Source of the DNA: Eledone cirrhosa
Taxonomy: Eukaryota
Assembly: GCA_964016885.1 (NCBI GenBank)
Contig: OZ024743.1
Span: 272,862,001-272,926,000 of the forward strand
Direction: 5' to 3'
DNA: 64,000 nt
The position numbers were made by a program, and so were the translations under genes. The notes under the pieces are model-generated. The model made no database searches and was not told the DNA's origin. It saw only the letters and a list, made by a program, of their open reading frames with translations. Below, piece after piece: positions 53,281 through 64,000 of the stretch (within the stretch, counting starts at the first letter, position 1; each line of letters starts with the position of its first letter).

Positions 53281-53347
<67 letters not shown>

Positions 53348-53364
53348 TATATATATATATATAG

Positions 53365-53399
<35 letters not shown>

Positions 53400-53419
53400 T
53401 ATATATATATATATATATA

Positions 53420-53453
<34 letters not shown>

Positions 53454-53473
53454 TATATATATATATATATATA

Positions 53474-53551
<78 letters not shown>

Positions 53552-53858
53552 TATATATATATATGAATATATATATATATATATATATTCATATATATAT
53601 ATTCATATATCTTAAATGTAAGTATGCATGTATACGTACATACATATATGTATACAGACGTACAGTAGCATGCACATATATATATATATATATACATATA
53701 TATATACATATGCATACAGGTACACATACATATATGCACGTATCAGTTTAGCGGCGCTAACGTCGCTTTGTTCGTTTGTAAACAAACTGAACAGCCTGAA
53801 TTTATGACATACGGTGTTAAGGCAACCACGTCACCTATTTGTTCAACACTGACACAGG

Positions 53859-53903
53859 AACGATGTACTAGTTTCAAGCTTGTTAGCTATCATCAGCACC
53901 GTT
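53859..53903 (-). ncRNA. Minimal type I hammerhead ribozyme
   Basis: AACGGUG-CUGAUGA-U AGC uaacaa GCU U-GAAAC UA GUA-CAUCGUU. Confidence 0.88.
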
Positions 53904-54324
53904 TACCCATCTGCCAGATAGTTGAACGTTCGAAAGTATATACTTTCCTTATGAAAATTAACGGCTGAGCAGCCTAATTTGCATATTGAGTGAGTTAAAT
54001 CGGTCAGGCATACCGAAAACGATAAATTGAAACAAAATGAAAACGAAATTTCATTTCTCACTCTTAGTATGGCACTTACTTAAATGTAAGTATGCATGTA
54101 TACGTACATACATATATGTATACAGACGTACAGTAGCATGCACATATATATATATATATACATATATATATACATATGCATACAGGTACACATACATATA
54201 TGCACGTATCAGTTTAGCGGCGCTAACGTCGCTTTGTTCGTTTGTAAACAAACTGAACAGCCTGAATTTATGCCATACGGTGTTAAGGCAACCACGTCAC
54301 CTTTTTGTTCAACACTGACACAGG

Positions 54325-54369
54325 AACGATGTACTAGTTTCAAGCTTGTTAGCTATCATCAGCACCGTT
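54325..54369 (-). ncRNA. Minimal type I hammerhead ribozyme (second tandem copy)
   Basis: Identical to 53859-53903, offset by 466 nt. Confidence 0.88.
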
Positions 54370-54658
54370 TACCCATCTGCCAGATAGTTGAACGTTCGAA
54401 AGTATATACTTTCCTTATGAAAATTAACGGCTGAGCAGCCTAATTTGCATATTGAGTGAGTTAAATCGGTCAGGCATATGTATGCATATGTATATATATA
54501 TGTATATATATATATATATGTGCATGCTACTGTACGTCTGTATACATATATGTATGTACGTATACATGCATACTTACATTTAAGTAAGTGCCATACTAAG
54601 AGTGAGAAATGAAATTTCGTTTTCATTTTGTTTCAATTTATTCATATATCTATATATA

Positions 54659-54746
<88 letters not shown>

Positions 54747-54825
54747 TATATATATATATATATATAAAATATTAAACAAATAATGAATAAACAATGAAAC
54801 AGTTCCTTATATTAAACAAAAAAAG

Positions 54826-54979
54826 TTCATTATTTAACGATCGTTTCTAGGATATATATGTGTTAGAATTGGCATGCATATTCAACAGATCTATGTACAA
54901 AATTATACAAAATTATACAAATTATCAAGATTAAACATACATACCAACACATATATACGCCGTCTTCAGAAATAATGAA
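54826..54979 (-). ncRNA. Type I HHR with 115-nt stem II (inverted copy)
   Basis: Reverse complement of 63404-63557. Confidence 0.7.
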
Positions 54980-55616
54980 ATATATTTATTGATAATAACA
55001 ACAATTCAAAATTTCAGGTCCGTTTGGGAACAAAATTGACCAATGAAAATACAAAAGGTTTAATGCAGTTCGGTGTGTGTATATACATGTAACTACCCTT
55101 ACACATATTTTACAAAATGTATGCACAACTTGTATACGCATACCAAAAGGATGGATGCAAATACAAAATTTCAAGGTTAATGTCTCTGTAAGTTTATAAT
55201 GCACAGATAAGATGCGTATAGACACATAAATATGAAATAAGTGTATACACATAATCTCATACTCACACATATCCGTACAATCACACACACACGCGCGTAT
55301 ATGCATAAACATACACATAACTACGAACATACAAACACACACACACCCCCACTCACATATATATATGTGGATATAAAATCCTAAGCACATGGATATTAAT
55401 TCACTCACATAAACACTGGCACACACATTTAGATCAAGATACAGAAATTAGGTGGGAGGGGGGAGAGGTCAGTATTCAACGGTTTGGGCAGACTGCTTAA
55501 TATAGATGTATCTATAAACTAAGAAAATAAAAAATAATAAATAATAAATAAACATTAAAAAAGAAAGAAAAGAAAAAGAAAAAAGAAAAAAGAAATATAT
55601 CAAGAAAATATACATA

Positions 55617-55666
<50 letters not shown>

Positions 55667-55812
55667 CACACATATACACATATATATATATATACACATA
55701 TACAAACACATACATACGTATACACACATCCACACTTAGAACATACATACACACACATATATAAACATATACATATACACACATACATACATATACACAC
55801 ATACATATAAAT

Positions 55813-55885
<73 letters not shown>

Positions 55886-56196
55886 CACACATACATACAC
55901 ATATAATCACACATACTATATAGACACACATATATATACACACATACACGCACATATCCATACACTTACATACTTATATACATACATATATACACATACA
56001 TACCTATATATACACACAAATACATACAGACATACATACATACATACAGACAAATACTTACGCATCTATATATCGGTATATACATACAAACACCACTACA
56101 CTCTCACACAACACAGACATACAAAGAAAAAGGTATATACCTATACACATATACATATACAAATAGAGAAACATATACATATATATATATATATAT

Positions 56197-56257
<61 letters not shown>

Positions 56258-56455
56258 CACATATACACACATACACATACATACACATACATACATGTAC
56301 ACACACATAGATATATATACACATACACACATACACACATACATATATAGTCATACACACACATACACCTACACGAACATACACATACACATATATAAAG
56401 ATATATCTACACACACACACACACACATACACACACACATATATATAAAGAATAA

Positions 56456-56502
<47 letters not shown>

Positions 56503-56835
56503 CATATACATACACACATACATAGACATATATGTACATACATACACATACATAGATACATACACACACATACATACATATATATATATACACACATAGA
56601 CATATACATACATACACACACAACATACATACACACATATATACTCATACATAGAATTAGATATATAATCATACATACATACGCACTTACATATACTCAT
56701 ATATACAAATACATACGCATCCATATATGCGTATATACATAGAAACACCACTACACCCTCACCCAACTCAGACATACAAAGAAAAAGGCATATACATATA
56801 CATATATACACGCATTAATAGAGATATATATACAC

Positions 56836-56866
<31 letters not shown>

Positions 56867-57087
56867 CACTTATATATATATATACCCACACACACATACA
56901 ACCATAAATACACATACAAACACCCACATATACATATATATACACATATATATATATACACACACATAAATAACAGACATGCAGATATATATTTTTTTTT
57001 TTACACATATATATACACACATATATATACACATACACACCCTCACATATACACACATACACATAAGTTATATTATAATAATAAATA

Positions 57088-57142
<55 letters not shown>

Positions 57143-57391
57143 CGAATATAGACATATATACACACATAGATATATATACATATATATACACATACATATA
57201 CACACACACATATACACACTCACATATATATGTGTGTGCACACACACATATATACCCATACACACATATACACATAAACACATATATGTGTATACATGCA
57301 CACACACACATATATCCACATAGATACGAAGATAGACATATAAATAGAGAGACATACATATATATACACGCACACATATACATACATACAT

Positions 57392-57436
<45 letters not shown>

Positions 57437-58576
57437 CACACAAACACATACACATATATATACACACATGCATATATACACATATACACATACATACCCA
57501 CATATATATACACACACAATCTTACATTCTTATTTGCATGCGCATATATGTATTTTTATATTCAGATATAAATACCCAAACATATATACACCTACCTACA
57601 TATATATTCATACATACACGCTTACAAACACAGATGATAATAGTATGGGGGAAAGGGGGGGGGGGTTGGAGAAGGGGATTATAGTAAATATATGTTTCAA
57701 GAAACATAGAATATTATCCGTATCTGGATCCAATGTATGCTTTTTTACATAGTTTCAGTGTTAGGAAATACAATAAACAAGAAATAAGGCAAAATTTATG
57801 CATTTCAAAATAAATAAGTATACCATTAATTATATGTTAACTAAACTAAAGATAGTTAACATATTGATTTCTAAGGTGTAAATTAGTTAGGTTTATAATA
57901 TTTGAAGCAGAATTTTGAAGTTAAATAGTAATAGAGTATTAATTATAGTATAACTAAATTAAAGTTAATAACGTTATGGTATCAATATTAGGAAATGAAT
58001 TTAGTAATAGGGAAAAAACAAATAAAGTATTACATCGGTAGTAGAATATAAATTATAGGTTAACTAAATTAAAAATTATATATTTATTTCTATAGTATAT
58101 GTTAATTAGGTATATAATAAATAAAACAGATATTGTATTTTATCAATAGCAGAATATAATTATATGCAAATAGAAATCAAAATTAATACATATACATATA
58201 CATATACATACACATATATATATACATATATATACATATATATATACACATATATACACATATACACACACACACACATACACATACACATATACATATA
58301 CATATTTTTTCAAAAATTGCAAAGAATATATTAACTAGGTATATATCCAAAACACATCCCATTCTATGATTACATGACATTCTGCAATTCGTCTGTATAA
58401 GGATACTAATTTTAAGCCAATTAAATTAAATTTTTAGGTTGACTAAAATTAAAACCAAATTATAAATATATTTCTAAAATGTATATTAATTAGGTCTATA
58501 ATACTAAAAATTATTTCTCTGTCATTGGATACACGATATTTTGTTATATTTTATCTGTAAAAGAATTATAATAAAA

Positions 58577-59635
58577 AAAAGTGGCCACAAAAATAGATTA
58601 GAATATATACCTTCTACTAAAAATACTGAAAGCATACAACCTAATATTACCAACAAACACCAAATGAAAAGTACACACCTAAATGCCAACCACACTATAC
58701 CCCAAAATACCAAATCTTCTAATATAAAGTATAGTAACTCTCAAAAAACTACTCATCATACAACTCTAATAAATATTAATAATAAAACTCCTAATAAAAA
58801 GGATAAAACACCTAAATCTACAAATATAACTAAAAATGGTTGTGGTGAGATCATTAACATTAATCCTCCTAGTAAAAATCACGATACAACCTATAAAAAT
58901 AATAAAAATAATAAACAACATAGAAACCGTAATAGACGGGTTACTTGGTATAATGCTCCATTTAATTTACAAATTAAGGATAATATTGCTAAAAAATTTT
59001 TTTATATCCTAGAGAAAAACTTCCCGCCAAACCACAAATACCATCAAATCTTAAATAGGTCTACAGTTAAATTCTCATACTCTACAACAAATAACATAAA
59101 ACAAAATATAAGTGCCTATAATGCATATAAATGTAAGAAAACCATAAGTATACCACCAGTACATCAAATTAACCATAATATCTCCTCAAATACAGAATTA
59201 ACGAAAGGTTGTAACTGTAGAAACAAAGCAAACTGCCCATTAAAAGGGAATTGTCTTGTTAACAACATAGTCTATAAATGTAATGTTAAAACTAAAGATT
59301 CTATTTGCTCATATATAGGAGCTACCTCTAACAATTTTAAGACAAGGTTTAATACCCACAAGCATAGTTTTAAAAATGCCGCACTGGCTAATACAACATC
59401 TCTAGCAGAAAAAATCAATAGTTATAAAAATAAGAATATAGAATATGATTTGACCTGGAGTGTGCTCAAAAGAGCCACCCCTTATCAAAATAATAGAAAT
59501 GAATGTAGATTATGTTCCCAAGAACTATTTGAAATATTGAAATCTAAGGATATCCTATTAAATAAACGACAGGAATTAATTATATCGTGTAATCATAAAC
59601 TAAAAAAAACATTTAAATATTATAAACCTAATTAA
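58577..59635 (+). pseudogene. 5'-truncated Naiad ORF: end of RT thumb, N/K/T-rich insert, Zn-linker and GIY-YIG; still open
   Basis: SGHKNRLEY aligns to SGFKDKITY; WYNAPFN, KFSYST, CNCRNKANCPLKGNC, IVY...YIG, RFNTH, CRLC..E. Confidence 0.9.
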
Positions 59636-60186
59636 TAACATTATTTTAGAAATTAATTTAATTTAAATGTTAGTTAACCTATAAATTTAATTTAATTAAA
59701 ATTCTATTACAGATGAGAATATAAAATATTATGTAATCATAAATTGTGAAAAAACCTTTAAATATTACTAATATATACTTAGTAATTTAATTTATAGATT
59801 AATTTTAATTTATTTAAACCTTTTATTATAATTCTTTTACAGATAAAATATAACAAAATATCGTGTATCCAATGACAGAGAAATAATTTTTAGTATTATA
59901 GACCTAATTAATATACATTTTAGAAATATATTTATAATTTGGTTTTAATTTTAGTCAACCTAAAAATTTAATTTAATTGGCTTAAAATTAGTATCCTTAT
60001 ACAGACGAATTGCAGAATGTCATGTAATCATAGAATGGGATGTGTTTTGGATATATACCTAGTTAATATATTCTTTGCAATTTTTGAAAAAATATGTATA
60101 TGTATATGTGTATGTGTATGTGTGTGTGTGTGTATATGTGTATATATGTGTATATATATATGTATATATATGTATATATATATGTG

Positions 60187-60217
<31 letters not shown>

Positions 60218-60966
60218 TAATTTTGATTTCTATTTGCATATAATTATATTCTGCTATTGATAAAATACAATATGTTTTATTTATTATATACCTAATTAAC
60301 ATATACTATAGAAATAAATATATAATTTTTAATTTAGTTAACCTATAATTTATATTCTACTACCGATGTAATACTTTATTTGTTTTTTCCCTATTACTAA
60401 ATTCATTTCCTAATATTGATACCATAACGTTATTAACTTTAATTTAGTTATACTATAATTAATACTCTATTACTATTTAACTTCAAAATTCTGCTTCAAA
60501 TATTATAAACCTAACTAATTTACACCTTAGAAATCAATATGTTAACTATCTTTAGTTTAGTTAACATATAATTAATGGTATACTTATTTATTTTGAAATG
60601 CATAAATTTTGCCTTATTTCTTGTTTATTGTATTTCCTAACACTGAAACTATGTAAAAAAGCATACATTGGATCCAGATACGGATAATATTCTATGTTTC
60701 TTGAAACATATATTTACTATAATCCCCTTCTCCAACCCCCCCCCCCCCCTTTCCCCCATACTATTATCATCTGTGTTTGTAAGCGTGTATGTATGAATAT
60801 ATATGTAGGTAGGTGTATATATGTTTGGGTATTTATATCTGAATATAAAAATACATATATGCGCATGCAAATAAGAATGTAAGATTGTGTGTGTATATAT
60901 ATGTGGGTATGTATGTGTATATGTGTATATATGCATGTGTGTATATATATGTGTATGTGTTTGTGT

Positions 60967-61022
<56 letters not shown>

Positions 61023-61271
61023 ATGTATGTATGTATATGTGTGCGTGTATATATATGTATGTCTCTCTATTTATATGTCTATCTTCGTATCTATGTGGAT
61101 ATATGTGTGTGTGTGCATGTATACACATATATGTGTTTATGTGTATATGTGTGTATGTGTATATATGTGTGTGTGCACACACATATATATGTGAGTGTGT
61201 ATATGTGTGTGTATATGTATGTGTATATATATGTGTATATATATCTATGTGTGTATATATGTCTATATTCG

Positions 61272-61324
<53 letters not shown>

Positions 61325-61544
61325 TATTTATTATTATAATATAACTTATGTGTATGTGTGTATATGTGAGGGTGTGTATGTGTATATATATGTGTGTATA
61401 TATATGTGTAAAAAAAAAATATATATCTGCATGTCTGTTTTTTATGTGTGTGTATATATATATATGTGTATATATATGTATATGTGGGTGTTTGTATGTG
61501 TATTTATGGTTGTATGTGTGTGTGGGTGTATATATATATAAGTG

Positions 61545-61575
<31 letters not shown>

Positions 61576-61922
61576 GTGTATATATATCTCTATTAATGCG
61601 TGTATATATGTATATGTATATGCCTTTTTCTTTGTATGTCTGAGTTGGGTGAGGGTGTAGTGGTGTTTCTATGTATATACGCATATATGGATGCGTATGT
61701 ATTTGTATATATGAGTATATGTAAGTGCGTATGTATGTATGATTATATATCTAATTCTATGTATGAGTATATATGTGTGTATGTATGTTGTGTGTGTATG
61801 TATGTATATGTCTATGTGTGTATATATATATGTATGTATGTGTGTGTATGTATCTATGTATGTGTATGTATGTACATATATGTCTATGTATGTGTGTATG
61901 TATATGTATGTATATATATATA

Positions 61923-61973
<51 letters not shown>

Positions 61974-62173
61974 TTATTTTTTATATATATGTGTGTGTGT
62001 GTATGTGTGTGTGTGTGTGTGTATATATATCTTTATATATGTGTATGTGTATGTTCGTGTAGGTGTATGTGTGTGTATGACTATATATGTATGTGTGTAT
62101 GTGTGTATGTGTATATATATCTATGTGTGTGTACATGTATGTATGTGTATGTATGTGTATGTGTGTATATGTG

Positions 62174-62218
<45 letters not shown>

Positions 62219-62525
62219 ATATATATATATATATATGTATATGTTTCTCTATTTGTATATGTATATGTGTATAGGTATATACCTTTTTCTTTGTATGTCT
62301 GTGTTGTGTGAGAGTGTAGTGGTGTTTGTATGTATATACCGATATATAGATGCGTAAGTATTTGTCTGTATGTATGTATGTCTGTATGTATTTGTGTGTA
62401 TATATAGGTATGTATGTGTATATCTGTATGTATATAAGTATGTAAGTGTATGGATATGTGCGTGTATGTGTGTATATATATGTGTGTCTATATAGTATGT
62501 GTGATTATATGTGTATGTATGTGTG

Positions 62526-62578
<53 letters not shown>

Positions 62579-62724
62579 ATTTATATGTATGTGTGTATAT
62601 GTATGTATGTGTGTATATGTATATGTTTATATATGTGTGTGTATGTATGTTCTAAGTGTGGATGTGTGTATATGTATGTATGTGTTTGTATATGTGTATA
62701 TATATATATATGTGTATATGTGTG

Positions 62725-62777
<53 letters not shown>

Positions 62778-63403
62778 TTTCTTGATATATTTCTTTTTTC
62801 TTTTTTCTTTTTCTCTTCTTTCTTTTTTAATGTTTATTTATTATTTATTATTTTTTATTTTCTTAGTTTATAGATACATCTATATTAAGTAGTCTGCCCA
62901 AACCGTTGAATACTGACCTCTCCCCCCTCCCACCTAATTTCTGTATCTTGATCTAAATGTGTGTGCCAGTGTTTATGTGAGTGAATTAATATCCATGTGC
63001 TTAGGATTTTATATCCACATATATATATGTGAGTGGGGGTGTGTGTGTGTTTGTATGTTCGTAGTTATGTGTATGTTTATGCATATACGCGCGTGTGTGT
63101 GATTGTACGGATATGTGTGAGTATGAGATTATGTGTATACACTTATTTCATATTTATGTGTCTATACGCATCTTATCTGTGCATTATAAACTTACAGAGA
63201 CATTAACCTTGAAATTTTGTATTTGCATCCATCCTTTTGGTATGCGTATACATGTTGTGCATACATTTTGTAAAATATGTGTAAGGGTAGTTACATGTAT
63301 ATACACACACCGAACTGCATTAAACCTTTTGTATTTTCATTGGTCAATTTTGTTCCCAAACGGACCTGACATTTTGAATTGTTGTTATTATCAATAAATA
63401 TAT

Positions 63404-63557
63404 TTCATTATTTCTGAAGACGGCGTATATATGTGTTGGTATGTATGTTTAATCTTGATAGTTTGTATAATTTTGTATAATTTTGTACATAGATCTGTTG
63501 AATATGCATGCCAATTCTAACACATATATATCCTAGAAACGATCGTTAAATAATGAA
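63404..63557 (+). ncRNA. Type I HHR with 115-nt stem II
   Basis: UUCAUUAUUU-CUGAAGA-[long hairpin]-GAAAC GAUC GUU-AAAUAAUGAA. Confidence 0.72.
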
Positions 63558-63754
63558 CTTTTTTTGTTTAATATAAGGAACTGTTTCATTGTTTATTCAT
63601 TATTTGTTTAATATTTTATCTTGACTCTGTATACCGTTTATCTTTCACCGAAAGTGATTTTTCATTACATCTCTTCTTTCCATGATATCCGGAATACATT
63701 GAGTTCTTCATACGGATTGGACACTACCGTAAACTCTTGGTAGATTTATCTACA

Positions 63755-63948
63755 TATATATATATATATATATATATGAATATATATATGAATATATATA
63801 TATATATATTCATATATATATATATATATATATTCATATATATATTCATATATATATATATATATATATATTCATATATATATATATATATATATATTCA
63901 TATATATATATATATATATATATATTCATATATATATATATATATATA

Positions 63949-64000
<52 letters not shown>
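63755..64000. repeat. (TA)n with TTCA variants
   Basis: Direct inspection. Confidence 0.95.

Larger units (their letters stand above)
44009..53282 (+). mobile_element. Full-length Naiad-type PLE with long microsatellite-rich 3' region, interrupted by a nested PLE
   Basis: 44009-44088 is directly repeated at 53203-53282 just after an HHR; intact ORF between; (TA)n at both flanks. Confidence 0.8.
53611..54641 (-). mobile_element. Non-coding HHR-bearing tandem repeat (retrozyme-like): about 1.85 units of 466-468 bp plus an inverted piece
   Basis: 53611-54012 repeated at 54079-54478; 54479-54641 is the reverse complement of 54022-54183; (TA)n flanks. Confidence 0.82.
54764..63754 (+). mobile_element. 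Truncated AT-rich Naiad-type PLE with 3.8-kb inverted arms (54764-58576 and 59821-63619)
   Basis: Arms are reverse complements differing mainly in microsatellite length; spacer holds the EN ORF; (TA)n flanks. Confidence 0.9.

Noticed and set aside
53973-53995. TATTGAGT motif in the retrozyme-like unit
   Set aside because: It lies on the strand opposite to the ribozyme and lacks the CTCTRCT part, so it is probably coincidental
58541-58576. Start of a stand-alone GIY-YIG gene or TIR DNA transposon
   Set aside because: The TTG start lies in the inverted arm and the frame begins mid-thumb, so this is a truncation junction rather than a gene start; no transposase is present
63450-63500. SECIS element within the long HHR stem II (UUGA...AGAU)
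   Set aside because: No AUGA quartet with proper helix II length or apical AA, and the visible ORF has no in-frame UGA

Overview
AT-rich animal genomic DNA with no supportable host gene. The SINE sequences resemble octopus-type SINEs, so a cephalopod origin is my inference. Roughly half the window is (TA)n-derived microsatellite, which accounts for almost all long ORFs in the track, and there is a 200-N gap at 14695-14894. The rest is a community of Penelope-like retroelements (PLEs) inserted into (TA)n. These include an intact Naiad-type RT+GIY-YIG ORF (44135-46276, +) whose long 3' region hosts a second intact PLE of another clade (49078-51660, -, with 831-bp direct repeats). There are two decayed Naiad copies and two EN-only truncated PLEs flanked by long inverted repeats (about 0.85-kb and 3.8-kb arms). 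More than 15 intact, degenerate or partial type I hammerhead ribozyme (HHR) motifs are visible by eye. Many have a U.U mismatch at the base of stem II, a palindromic stem III, or a very long stem II. The most notable items are a non-coding tandem ~466-nt HHR-bearing unit (retrozyme-like, 53611-54641), a family of palindromes folded back inside an HHR, and a short motif conserved downstream of the HHR in several divergent families. Also present are tRNA-derived SINEs, RTE-clade LINE fragments, two non-autonomous Helitrons, a Tc1/mariner-type MITE, a pseudo-tRNA and an orphan Myb/SANT-like fragment. All calls were made by eye without searches.
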